From positions 23,870,001 to 23,934,000 of the forward strand of contig NC_092353.1 of assembly GCF_963676685.1 (NCBI RefSeq): a DNA stretch of 64,000 nucleotides, given 5' to 3'. Of this stretch, positions 39,165-52,647 are shown piece by piece. The notes beneath the pieces were generated by a model. That model worked only from the letters and a program-made list of their open reading frames with translations, was not told where the DNA came from and did not search any database. The stretch comes from Mytilus edulis (taxonomy: Eukaryota). Positions within the stretch are counted from its first letter, which is position 1; each line of letters begins with the position of its first letter. The translations under genes were made by a program, and so were the position numbers.

Positions 39165-42100
39165 ATGAAGTTCATATTAATATTTCTATGTAAGTTTTAT
39201 ATAATGATATATTTAGATCTACGGTTACTAATATAGGTTTCACGAGCCTGTTCCGCCTACCTCGCACTAATCAATGCTGTGTAATTAAGTAATTAGGGCA
39301 AGATCATCCAAACGATCGTATAAAAAAAAATACAGGCGACATCATTACTTGATTGACCTTTAGGCAATATGTGTGTCACAGGTGACCATGTGTATGTCGT
39401 AATTGTCTATGAAACTCCATTCGTGCTACTAGGTATACAACTATCAATGTTTGCATATCGGGAAAATATTGTTTGAGGCTTTGCCTGGTGAAAAATCATC
39501 CTATTTGTTTTGAAGAGTGAATATATACAGCCTTGGGCATATATAAAATGTAATCATTGTACTTCTATGTTGTAGATGCATGCCCAAACATCTATGATTC
39601 ATTTCAGATAAAGTGCCCAGTTTTGGTTCATCTGGCTCGCGTATTATCCATTTGTGGCATAATCCTGAAATTCACTCAGCAGGAACATGAAGGACTTTAA
39701 CTTTAATTTTGAATATGTCCGTAAAGAAAATATTGTTTTGCCTGCATTAAAGGATGTAAGCATTGCTTAAACCATATGTAATAAAATTAAAAAAAAGCAA
39801 AGAAGGGGGTTTGCATTATATGGATAAATTTAGAGGAACCTGAAAATTTGACAAAAAGTTAAAAACAAACTAGAGGCTCCACAGAGCCTGTATAGTTCAC
39901 CTTGGTCTATCTGAATACTAAAAAAAACACGAACCCATCACAAACTGGGGTGTTCTCTGGTGCTCTTCAAGGGTAGGCAGATTCTGCTCCACATGTTGCA
40001 CCTGTCGTGTTGCTCATGTTATTTCAAACCCGATAAATGGACTAGTTCGGAAGGTCACATTCATGAAATTGGAAGGGGGTTGTAGTTACGACATACAAAG
40101 CATATCGAATATCAACTGTGAAACGGTAACGGTCATTCAACTCGTAATGTCGTCCGTAAAATTTACGAATGGATGATTTCAACTTCACCATTTCGAAATA
40201 TTGGTTTAATAGCTTCCTTGTGAGCAGCAACCCTATATTAAGGAAATCATGATAGGACATACAAGCGCGGGAATATCTTATCAATTGGGAGATATATATC
40301 CGTATGTAGGTGCTGCTTGAATGTTGCTACATAAAAATGGAAAGTTCACAATTGGGAAGCTGAAATCATCTCTTTTGTCGTAATATTTTGTTTTAAACCG
40401 ACCAGCATTGTCAGTTTCTGGATGTAAGTCAAGAAAGGAGGCAGACTTATTTGTATCTGTTGTATCCTTTATCTCCATTTCAATGGGGTAGATACGTTCA
40501 ACATAGTCACGAAATTTTTAATTATTTAGTGAGAGAACACATCTATTCAACGGAAATAATAGTTGAAGGATGTTGTTAACTTTTTATAGTTCTTCCGTAG
40601 AAGTTCCTGTATGAAGCCAGCTCATAATAATAAAGAAACAAGTCAGCATGAAGAGGGGCACAATCGGTTCCCATTGGAACGCCAAAATTCTGGTGAAAAA
40701 CACGTCCTCCAAACGTATCAAATATGTTGTCAATCAAGAAATGAAGAATCTTGATAATGTTATTTTTAGACAATTGTTTGTTTGAATCAGAGTAATTCTT
40801 TTTTATAATTTTAGAATTAGGAGTCGATTGTCGATTTCGACATTACAAACGTATTTGTAGTACTTGTCTTCCTGATAATTTTTCTGTTTTAATGTTTATA
40901 TGCAGTATGTAGTTTTCAAGATAAAAATAAAAAAATAAAAAAAAAATAGTTAAAATTTGTCATCAAATTGAAATAACTGCTACAAGAAGTCGTCTGTCAA
41001 TTTTGATTGAAATGTAGTCAGTATGTAGAGCCGTAGAACATTGTTTTTGCCAGGTTACCCTGTTAGACATAATAGACAAAACTTGCATTCTTTTTTGAAA
41101 ATGTTTGTAAACGTTAACGGACGACGACGACGGACGACAAGTGATGCGAAAAGCTTACTTGGCCCATTGAGGCCCATTGAGCCAGATTATCTAAAAAGAC
41201 AAGTGAACATCTCAAAAATATATAAATATACAAATTTACATCTATCAGAACCGCAGTGCAATGAAATACATGTATCAGTTCCTATAGGATACAAAGTAGT
41301 ATTCATTAAACATGAAACAAATAAACACGAAGTTATAACGAAATATATAAACAAAACTAATACACAAAATAAAAAATAAGCAAAAGCAACAAACTACACA
41401 AATCAACTTTGTAACAACTTTGTTATCCTTTAAACAATATATTTTGCATTTCTAAATTAGAAACAGAATGAATTCTGACATTGTTAGAAGTCAATCGAAT
41501 CTTTTTTTAAAGGCAAAGAAAAGAGGATCATATGTAAATGAATCTTATTTGAAAAAAGGTGATACGTTAATTTCAGTTGACCTTAACAAAACTGAAAAAG
41601 GGTATTATGAAACGTACAAATACATTTCCATTATTTTTTTTATTAATATTATACATATTATAGATTAATACCAAATTGTTTCCCATATGACGATGCTGTG
41701 AGGTTAAGCTGTCGTATTATCTATGTCTCCTTTTTAAAAATGTGTTTGATTTGTTTCAAGATTAATAGCAATAGAAGTATATATTGGTACGCACGTCTGG
41801 CGTACTAATTTATAATCCTAGTACTTTTGATAACTATTATGATTGATTGCCGTTAATAATTCTAACATTATAAGTAAATCTATACATTTTCGCCGTTACA
41901 ATATAACTGAAAATAATAAACCCAATAAAACAATTAATGCTTAAACTCAATTATAATTTCAGCATTTGCTTTGCTTTTCTGTATTTTTAGCACTTAGTGT
42001 TTACATCTTGGGCACACAAGCTCAGTCATGTAACGATCTAGATACTGAAGTATGTAAGAAGTTATCAGCCTTGAATCCAAATATGTGCGCTGATGGCTGT

Positions 42101-45100
42101 CTGTCTAGCATTTGTTCTAGATTTTGTGGACGATGTCGTAAGTTATGTTCTTTTTAAAGAAAATGAATAATTTGTTTCAAATTTGGGAAGATAAATAATA
42201 AGATGTAGTGTCGACAGACAATTTCGAGTAAAAAGTTTTAATGTAAATAAAATGTAAAAACTTTTGATTGATTAAAGCTCATTTCGATTTCATATTTTTC
42301 TTTTCGAATATAGACCCATTCTTTTACCTAAACAACGAAAAAAAGATAACTTTTATTTCTGTTTTTATTTTCAGCATTATCATGCTATTTCTGCCACCAA
42401 ATAGATAATCCAGCCAATTGCACTACTGCACTTGAATGTCCAACTACTGACCATGTAAGTTCATTCATTAAAGAGGTTTTTTTTCACTGTAATTCATCGC
42501 TGCATATGTCTGGTAAAGGCATCCAAAATTTGAATTATCTTTTAGCACATTTGGTTTTTTAACTACTTTTTTTTTTATAGTATTTACCACTCATCTGACT
42601 TGTTAGAATTTTAAGGATGTATATTCCAACATGAAAAACAACTGGCATGTCAGTAACTGCTAGTAGTCCTTTGCTAGTTTATGTATCATTTTGCTTATTT
42701 TCTTTTGTTTCCAATTCTGATATCGCTCGAACAATTTTACACTGAGTTTTACTGTGCGTATTGCTATGTGTTTCTTCATTTTTCATTGGATAGAGGTATA
42801 GAGGAGGGTTGATATCTCACAAAACAGGTTGTCAGAGGTCAAAACCTCCTGACTTGGAACACCCACAGAAATGCGGCTTGTCCCTAGTTAGGAGCCTCTG
42901 ACCTTTGTTAGTCTTGTATATTTATTTAATTTTATTCATTTATATGTTTTGGAGTTTACTCACATCCATTTTCACTGAACTAGTACACAATTGTATACCA
43001 CTACCAGCTGAGGACATCCTCTGTATGCCGGATTTTCTCGCTGCATTGCAGACCCATTGTTGGCCTTCGACCGTTGTCTGCTTCTTGGTCGGGATGTTGT
43101 ATCTTTGACATATTCCTCCTTTTCATTCTCAATATTATTAATGTTGTCTACTATTGATGGACTAAGTTATAAACAAAGATGTCTTTCAGAGTGCATTATA
43201 TATTTGTTTGTGTCACATTGATACATGCCTCCACATGTCATTTTTATTATTATTTTGTAGTACTGTTTTACATCTCAAACGTTTACAGACGATTTCCATG
43301 AGGTATACACAATGGGATGTGCTATGAAAAATGTAAGTTAGTGTAATAAAGAACTCAATTATTCAACTTTTCTAAATAGCGGTATAGAGTGATAGCATTT
43401 TATATCAAGGATACATGAACCTTACATTACATTAATCTGAAAATATTATTGTTTTAAAAATGTCTTACATGAGATATGATTTATTAAATGTCGGATAATT
43501 TCTAATTAACTGTAAGGATGAAACATAACAAATCTAGATATAACGAAATTTTTGAATATTTTAATCTCTTATTTAACTCTATTTATATAAAGTACAAAGA
43601 TTAAGGATAAAAGCAGAAGACAAAAATCAATGATTATGAAAAAAAAACCTTTCGATGATTAACGCTATGCTTCATGTGCAAAGCAAATCTTTAAAGATAT
43701 TTTGTTTTAGCGCTAAACATAAATAACACAATCATGTTTTTTGCTTTTTGCTTTCTCATTTCTAAAAAAGCGAATGGGAGAAATGAAATATATAAATTGC
43801 TTTTTTCATTTCTTATAGCTTTGTGAACGAAATGTTAATAATGGAAGGCGGTCAGATCTTAGTGTTAAAGGTGGATGTTGCAATATCGACAAATGTAACA
43901 ATATACTGCCGTCGCAGATAGATCTACTACAACAGAGGACCACTGTTATGGTTCAAAATACTACAGGTATTTGGAATGTGTAACGATGAAAAGATAATTG
44001 TTACCTATGTATATTATTGATAATGTCTTAACTTTAGAGGAAGACATATTCTAGATAATTTTATCTGCGTATTACAATTTGAAGTCGATTTACGCATTTC
44101 TTCAACCATACAAAAATGTGTATACAAAGATAATTATATCAAAAAGTGCAGTGGAAGCGTTGATAAGTTGTGGTTTAAAATTGAAACGCGTCTGACGTAT
44201 CAAATTGTACGCCTGGTACTTTTGATAACTATTTTCATTTGGTTATCATATCCGAAATGTAGAATAACATTAACAACTGTTTTATACACCAACTTGCCTG
44301 CTTTTCTTTTTCTTTTTCTTTGATGTTCTCGTTGTAGTTTAAACTCTTATGATATATCTGAAAATATACGATGAACCATTTCACTCATTATTATAGCAAC
44401 TGTCAATTAGTTGTTCGCCTTTCTTTAACAGTTCCTCCGTCCTATAGCGTCTGTAAAAATATGGATGATGATGTGTGTCTTAGAATTTCATTGACTGATC
44501 CAGCATTCTGTAGTAATGACTGTATAGCTTCTGTTATCTGTCCACGCATGTGTAGAAAATGCTGTAAGTAATATAATGTTATTATGTATCTATACGTTGT
44601 TGTTATTTTAACAAAACCGTCAGGAACACTTCCAACAAACACAGATAAAGAAAGAACAAAAATAACATAAATCTTACAGTTTTACTTATTGTTGATTTTA
44701 AGATATGATGCGAGTAAACGTCATACAAGTGAGAGGTTTACCTAGCTTTAAAACCAGATTGGGTTAATCAACAATTATTTAAATAAGAAAATGCCTGTAC
44801 CAAGTCAGGAACATGACAATTGTCTTCCATGTGTTTGATATATTTGAGCTTTTTATTTGGCTATTTGATTATGAACTTTCCGTTTAAATTTTCCACATAG
44901 TTCAGTTTTTTTGTGCTTTTACTTTTTAAATAAACTTAATCTAAAAGGTTATCAAATCAACACTGTAACAACATCTTTGAATATTTTGTTCATTGGTAGA
45001 AATAATGACTTTGTTATTAAATTATAAACCATACTACATATTATTGTTATAATCATATTTATTTTCACGGTAAAACTATATTTTGGCATTGCACGGGTTA

Positions 45101-47117
45101 TATATTGTTCTCTTACTTTGAATTACTTATACATCTGTCCACTTAATCCATTGTATGTTGGATGGTTACAGATTGATATTTTACTCTTAGATCAATGTTT
45201 TACTAGTCGTTATTGGCTTACAACAAGCTTTGATTACACTCATATCTGTACTCTGTGTCTTTTTATTATTATGAGCGAAGTATAAATACCATGCCATGTC
45301 TGGCGGATATTTTTCTGCTTTGTATCGATTTGATGATGTGCCTGTCCCTAATCAAGAGCATTTAGTTAAGTGGTTGTCGTTTGTTCATGTCTGTCATATA
45401 TGTTTTTCTCGTAAATTGGTATGTTATAAATTATTCTGTTTGCTCTCTTAATCGAAATGTTTCACACCAGTACTCAAAACCCTCCTTCCTTGATAGGTGC
45501 ATTTAACATAGACAAATAAAGTCGTATAATATAATCAAAATGAGGATGTTAATTTGATATATGCCTTTTTGTGCTTCTTCGTTACATTTGTTGTTTTTAT
45601 AGTGATTAAGATGATAACACAATGTTGACTGCTGTACCCCTATTTTTGACATTTTTAACTATTGTTTCTGTTTGTTTTGTTCACGCATCGGTGACAATAT
45701 AATGGAATGTGATACGACTGTCATACAAGTGAGAGGTTTAGCTAGCTATAAAACCAGGTTCAATCCATCATTTTCTACATTTGAAAATGCCTGTACCAAG
45801 TCAGGAATATGACAGTTCTTGTCCATTCGTTTTTGATGCGTTTTGTCATTTGATTTTGCCATGTGATTATGGACTTTCCGAATTGATTTTCCTCTGAGTT
45901 CAGTATTTTTGTGATTTTACTTTTTTGTTTCATATTTATCATGTCTGGGCCTTTTATATTCTAATGTGATACTGATCGGGAGCTTGACATGTGACATTGA
46001 GAGTAAGACATTATGCACTGTGTTCTTTGGACAGAAAATCTTGTGACATGTATATGTTTTGCTTACTGGGTTTTGCTAATGTATTTACATGCTCTCAGTT
46101 TTAAAATTTTTGTTACGTGTATACATACGAAGGTTGCACAGTAAACGTTCTAACGTTTTAACTAAACGAACTAGTCTTATTAGCGGGTGTGTGATTATAT
46201 GAACAACACGACGGGCCACACATGGAACACTACCGCTCAAAACCTGCGATCACCCAGTTTTTTTGTTGTGATTTGTGTTTTTCGTTTTCTCTGTTTGGTT
46301 TTGTGCTTATTTTATAAAATTTGTTTGTATGTTAGCCGTTGTTATTTTTTTTTTGTACATGACTTCATTTTTTGTACGACTTATGAGTTAACTTTAAAAT
46401 CGTTAGCCTTTCTTTTTCATTTGTACATAATTTTTCAGTTCAGTGTTACAGCTGCAATGATATAAATCGGCCTGAGGACTGTAATAGTACTTCGACATGC
46501 GAGTCAGGAAAGGTAAACATTAAGATATATCACTAAAGCTGCATTGAAACAACAACTATACAACCGTAAAAAAATCAACAGACAACTCTATACAACACTT
46601 ACAATTTTCAAAATGTGCTGACATTGATTTCGTTAATTATCAATATATATATACTTTTTCTAAAAATGAGGGTACTTCTTATATGGCCTTCCGAATACCG
46701 TTTCGATCCCTAACATCACTGAAGAGACATTTATTGTCGAAATCCGGATCTGGTGTACTAAATAAATATTGACACCGTATGTTTGTGGCATAACATCGTG
46801 GCCACAAGTTAATTTTTATCTGTTTAGTATTAAATTTATATTAAGATTCATTTTGTTACACCTTTTGATCAATTTTATTTGGCAATCGCCAATGGCATGC
46901 AGCAGGGTTAAAGAACATCAGTTGTTCGACCTGTAAGTCAAATGCGTTTTGTTTAAATATACTTTTTTCACTTTTTTGGTCTTTTGGAAAATGTTGTTTG
47001 TGCTGTTTTTAGACCCTTCTACAACGATTTGTTTACATGCACATGTATAAAAATTGCGGTTTTTATCCAACGCAATCATAGGTTTGAACGTAGTTTTCAA
47101 TTTAGACTCGTTTATAT

Positions 47118-47152
<35 letters not shown>

Positions 47153-50100
47153 GAGGGAAGAACCAAAAATTTGCGAAAGCAAATTTACAGATCTAACATT
47201 GTTGGGTTGATGTTTAGACGAGTTGTATATATATATATATATATAAATGTTACAGGCATTTTGAAAAATGCCTGAAAGTTTAAAGCATTTTCAAAATTGC
47301 CTCTAAGATTCAGTCATTATACATAATGACTAATTTTTCTAGGCATTTTACAAAATGCCTGGAAAAATTAAAAGGCATTTTTTGAGGCGTTTTGTTATTT
47401 GAAAAATTGTTATTTTGAAAAATTAAAAGGCATTTTATGATGCGTTTTGTTATTTGATTTTGCCATGTGATTATGGACTTTCCCAATTGATCTTCCTCTA
47501 AGTTCAGTATTTTTGTGATTTTACTTTTTACAAAATGCCTGAAATTATTTTAAAGAATGAAATATTAAAATAAAAACAATTGAAAGCTTTGAACACCAGA
47601 TCAGTTGTATTTATGATACTTATTACTGAACTAAAAAGAAGACTTTAAATAATCAAGAATAAACTTTACTGAATACCAACGTCATGTGATACTTATAGTT
47701 TGCTATTTTACACAGTTGTACGTCTGTAGGAGTCAGCTCTGTTACAATCAGTGATATTTAAACAAGGTTTTTTTCGTACACATCTTTAGGACATTTGGCC
47801 TACATTTTAATCTGAAATTATTGGAGTTACGTCTTGCGTGTTACCCTTACATCTAAAATGTAGAATGTAGGTAGAAAAGAACCGTAACTTTCTAGAAGAC
47901 ATAATTAGTTTTTACCTAATTTAACACTTGAGAGTTTATGATTGACCTTTGTTGTTTTTTTGTGGTTCAAACCTAAATGAGACAATAATATTTTAAGATG
48001 TATTTAAAGGGTAGCAGGTAATTTCGTACCTTGACAATTAAGCACCTCTGCCATTTTATACCCCAAATTACCATTTCGTACCTAACATTTACCATTTCGT
48101 ACCCCTGATGAAAACCATTTCGTAAATCATTAGCCTTATATATTTGGTTACTTTTTTATACATTTTTTTCTGTATTGATAAAATCCAAAAGATTGGCGAG
48201 TTATATAAGTCTTCGTTGCAGATATCTTTATCTCACAGACCCTTTTTGCATAATTAATTGTTCAGCAGTCTAAATGATGTTAAAATTTATATTATACAGG
48301 AATGCTTCCAGCTAGAAACACTTAGTTTTGATCTTCGTCCTGTCTATAGATTAGGATGTCTTGACGAGAGTGTAAGTTTGATTTTCTGTTTCAAATAACA
48401 AAAAGGAATAAATAAGAAAAGAAGTATTTTTTAAATTATCTTAATTTAACAAAGATAAATAAATTCAGTGTTTTTAGATAAGAAAATAAAGAAGCGGTAC
48501 TACATACGTATATATATTGCATTCCTCCTGTGGTGTATTTGTTGTTGTTGTTATTTGCATAATGAATAACTTAAGTGGAAAGTTACGTATACATGTTGTT
48601 TATTTTGATAGGCTTCTTATGATTTAAACGCACTTTTTCATCAACAGCTTTGTAAACGGTTCGGTGTGAACCCGGCACAATCAGGCTTTGGACGTCGACA
48701 AACAAGCCTGTCACTGAAAGGAGGGTGCTGTAGGACTGATCTTTGTAATATCAGAATTCCTAGGATTCCTAAGATTATCAATGCCCCTCCATCAACTATC
48801 ACTGCATCCACCGCACCACAACCTGTTAAAATAAGTCCAACAACAAGTATGTGTTAAAAATTTACAACGCTTATATATTACCCTGTTCAGTGACAATAAA
48901 CAAACTGAGACGTATGCACCAATCAGATAATGTGTTTGCCTGGTTGACATGATTTTAGACAAGATTGTTATTTTTATTAGTTTGTTAAAATAAGTATTTG
49001 AGTATAGACCTTTTTGATGGTAGGTATTTTTACTGTATTTGTATTTAAGTATTTGCAAGGAGGAAGTTTTATGTTTTTTCTCTTTAATTTGCTTTAATTA
49101 CACTTTTGCATGTACAGCGCCATAGAGTAGTTTTTATCTTTTTCAAATAGTGCGTTTTGTAGATTTTCATTATCATTTTATAAGTATAACAACCAAACTA
49201 CAAGGGAACACAAAAGCATCTGGAGATAAACATAATGTCTTCATGGCTTCTAAAGTTTGAACCCTCTTTTAGTAAATCTCTTTCTAAACATAAACACAAA
49301 GTACACACACAAAAAAAAAAAAGACAATAAAAGACAAATTGCAAAGGTAGCTGACAAACATAATGAATAGTATTGATTCTAGGATTGCAGTCTCTTACTG
49401 AAAAAAGTTTTATTCACTGAACATGGCATAAAACGATGGTGTTACATAATCGGGAATTGTATTCTTATATTATCGGTCCTTCCTTTATATGCCTTTATAG
49501 AATCACATGGTTTGATGACGTCAAATATGCTTGACTCTGTCTTGAATATTTTGACCTAAGCGTCACTGATGAGTTGTATGTGGACGAAATGCGCGTCTAG
49601 CGTACTAAATTATAATCCTGGTACCTTGGAGAACTATTTACAAGTTTGACCTGGAGTAAGATTAGAAGTATAGATTATCTGGTTTACTACACATTGATAA
49701 CGTAAAATATCAGCCGCGAAATATCGCAACATAAAGTAACACCTATTGACAAAAAAACTAGATATTTTGATGTTGTTAGTGAAAAATAATGTACAAATAT
49801 CTACTAAATAGATTGTAAATAAATAGCAAATGCGTTAATAAAAACCAGTCTCATCCCGAATATGTATGGCTGATTTTTATCCTGATATTTTACCACTCTA
49901 ATATTGAAGACAACTTTCTACATGTTCTGATGATGTTTGATATATCTTTCAGATTGTGCAACACCACATGCTGACACCCACCACCACGGTTGTCCTCCTG
50001 ACTACACATACGTCACTCATGAACGTGCGTGTTTTCATATAGGCAATAATCTATTAACCTGGCAGCAAGCCGATGTATGTTATAAACCTCAATAGTTTTT

Positions 50101-51708
50101 TTTTTATTAATATCATAAAAGTTAAAAAATGGGTTTAAGTTAATGATTCATCAACCCTATTACATAATACGATCAAAGTACATGAGAAAATTGCATGTCG
50201 CCAACAATATGTTAGTATCATATACATATGAATATAAACAGATAGAGTCCACGTGCAATCGATTTTATTAAGGTGTGGTTGATTTCAAACTGTAGGTAAA
50301 AAAGTATGTTTATCGTCGTTTTTATAACCAGCTGTGTAATGATTTTGTAGTGGATCGAATCATTATTGTTCTGTTAATTGCCGAATACATAACCAATCTC
50401 CAGTTAAAGGGTTAATTTTGAGGTCACTTGAATACAGATTTAATGAAGTCGGATTAATCGCTTGCAAGTAAATGTGTTGTTTTTTTTTTTATCTTATTTT
50501 GACAAAACTGACGCTAATTGACTGCTAATAGTGAATTAGTATGTCACCTTCATTAATGATTGAACAAATAAAATCCTTTTTGTTTTCTTTATTTCTCGTT
50601 GCTAATGCCACTTTAAATCTCGAATAAACTTATTAATGATTGTTCCTCTACTACTAAACTCAAACGGGGTATTTGCAGGGGATATACGTACATTATTATG
50701 TATTGTTCGTGGAAAAATTAAAATCACAAAAATACTCAACTCTGAGTAAAATTCAAAACGGAAAGTCCTTAATCAAATGGCAAAATCAAAAGCTGAAGCA
50801 CATCAAACAAATGGAAGACAAATACATCTCTTCATCCCTTTTTGTCCATTTATAGAGTTACTGCAAAAATAAATGTGGAAAACTTGCCGATTTTAGTTCT
50901 AGTACTGAAATACTTGATGTCATGAGCCATGTGAAATCAACATTTCATAGTGAGTATGAAAATATTTTTTTTAAAATTAAATGTGTAGTAACACAAGCAC
51001 AAATTTAACCTAAAGATGATACATTGGATTAAATAAAGGATTTTAACACAAAGTCTTGTTAATCATATATAAACATGCAAAAGGGGAGGCGGTTAACCTT
51101 TTGCTGATGTCACCAATGCCATTCGCAGGAACCCTTGATTCACAGCGTAATGAAAATACAATCTAAAGAATAAAAAGAATAAACATACAAGTGTTCTTGA
51201 TATCATATGATATATTATATGGTCCATTTTCCCATTAAAACGAATTCGTGTATAGACTAATGATTTGACTGATGATTAGTTATATATGTCATATATCATA
51301 TATCATTAATATATCACTTCATAATTGAAATGCCTATTCTTCATTTTCGGTATAGAGTAAAATCATTGATTAAATATTCATTATTCATGAGTTACGAGCT
51401 AACAACATCGTTTTGATATACACTTTAAAACATGTCCCCCAAAACTGCAAATAGCTTTTGGTAAGAAGAAATTAGCATTACATTTTCCCTTTTTTATAGA
51501 CATTGATTTATGGATTGGTGCAGCTAAAGATAGCCATGGTAACTGGATATGGACGGACAAAAATCAGAAAATAAGTCTGACCCACAGCTCCTATCTTACT
51601 CATCTACATGGATCATGTGGCGCTGCTCACAATTCTCGCGCTGTTTCTTTGATTCCACACTTCTGTACCACACAACTCCATCCCTTATGTGAAGCTCATC
51701 GTCAATAA
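39165..51708 (+). CDS. Gene 2 of the cluster: SP-ShKT-LU-ShKT-LU-CTLD (His-rich lectin domain), secreted, 457 aa
   Basis: 12 exons: 39165-39189 (MKFILIFL), 41991-42137, 42375-42454, 43261-43332, 43819-43966, 44432-44563, 46439-46512, 48300-48371, 48648-48846, 49953-50074, 50856-50949, 51500-51708 (LWIGA..WIW..GSCGA..FC..PLCEAHRQ-TAA). 1374 nt, open frame, same phases as gene 1. Exon sizes 25/147/80/72/74/72 are identical to gene 1. Confidence 0.9.
39866..41197 (+). mobile_element. Pearl-like element ends bracketing a nested Penelope-like fragment, in intron 1 of gene 2
   Basis: 5' end AAACTAGAGGCTCCACAGAGCCTGT (hairpin) at ~39866. 3' end (GAC)n-GGACGACAAGTGATGCGAAAAGCTTACTTGGCCC...CTAAAAA at ~41120-41197. 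Confidence 0.5.
39925..40800 (-). mobile_element. Decayed Penelope-like retroelement: RT C-terminal half and 3' tail
   Basis: Frameshifted pieces FLIDNIFDTFGGRVFHQNFGVPMGTDCAPLHADLFLYYYE; EIKDTTDTNKSASFLDL...YDKRDDFSFPIVNFPFLCSNI; IRYSRACMSY...LKSSIRKFYGRH. Confidence 0.85.
45547..45926 (+). repeat. Most complete copy of interspersed repeat R1 (ends GAGTTCAGTATTTTTGTGATTTTACTTTTT)
   Basis: More than 10 full or partial copies in the window, e.g. ~5843-6000(-), 14776-15135(-), 22435-22800(+), 23095-23460(+), 37798-37940(-), 44705-44927(+), 47440-47529(+), 50715-50820(-), 52761-52880(-), 54676-54870(-). Confidence 0.9.
46713..46756 (+). ncRNA. Minimal type I hammerhead ribozyme (R4 repeat ~46665-47115), sense orientation in intron 7 of gene 2
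   Basis: ACAUCA-CUGAAGA-GAC(auuuauu)GUC-GAA-AUCCGGAU-C-UGGUGU. All stems pair and the loop-III region is a perfect palindrome. Predicted cleavage is after C46750. Confidence 0.9.
47113..47149. repeat. (TA)n microsatellite
   Basis: Directly visible; a second run lies at 47226-47244. Confidence 0.95.
49560..49603 (+). ncRNA. Hammerhead ribozyme, slightly decayed, sense in intron 9 of gene 2
   Basis: GCGUCA-CUGAUGA-GUU(guaugug)GAC-GAA-AUGCGCGU-C-UAGCGU. The core is intact; stem I has one mismatch. Confidence 0.7.
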
Positions 51709-52554
51709 AAAGAAGAACATTGTTCTTATTTAATCAATTGTTTTACTTATTTCTGATATCTTCGAACACGAAATAACAAACACTGATATAGAAAAGATGA
51801 TAACAATACCAAAATTGAGAATCAAATTCATAAGTTAAAAACAAACTGACAATACCATGGCAACAACCAAAGAAGACCGAAACAGTACAAAACACAAATA
51901 GGATTTTTAATGTTCGTTTTGTCTTTTGATAAAAGGAATGCTGATTGTAAGTGCAAAGTTTTCTCATTATAACTAATTGAATTTAATGTTTTAACTATAA
52001 CCAAAAGTAATAGTGGTATTGAGGTGGAAGAAAACAGACTTCTCAAATAGTGTACAAAATAAATATAAAACAAACTGCTAGAAGAATTCAATGTTCCCTG
52101 ATAGGGAAGGGATGAACAGGTGGTACAAAGTAACTGCAAATGGAAGTTACATGTGACATATAAGTATTGGTATCAGATTTGACTTGGAACTTGTTAATGG
52201 TTGGTAATATTGATCATGTGGAAAACAAAAGGGTCTCGAATTTTGTTATTTCTAATAACACCATTGTCCTTTATAAGTTATATATTAAGTTGAGTCTTTT
52301 GATTTGTAATTTAACGTCATGACATCTAACAAAATAAGACATCGTTATTCAAGTCGTATTGATTTACTGTTTGCCAGTCCGTACTTTTATATCCCGACAG
52401 GCCAAAGGCCCAGAAATTATAGCAATGTTGCGTTTCAAGTACCTTTTTATTTCACCCAAGTTTTTTGCAGCAATTTCACTAAAAAAAACGGGACGAAAGA
52501 CATATGACAGTTATTTGATATCTTGATAGATTAATTTTGATGTATATATAAAAA

Positions 52555-52647
52555 GCTATTATTTGAACTTGGAATTGTTTTTAATTATGGAATTTGCATA
52601 ATTTCCTGTGCTTGAAATTTTTAATAAATTCCAGTTCAAATAATAGC
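52555..52647. repeat. Imperfect palindrome upstream of gene 3
   Basis: GCTATTATTTGAACTTGGAATT pairs with AATTCCAGTTCAAATAATAGC. Confidence 0.7.

Noticed and set aside
48020-48125. Spaced (CC)ATTTCGTACC repeats resembling a CRISPR array
   Set aside because: The units are only 10-12 bp with irregular short spacers, lie in a eukaryotic intron and have no cas genes; likely MITE subterminal repeats.
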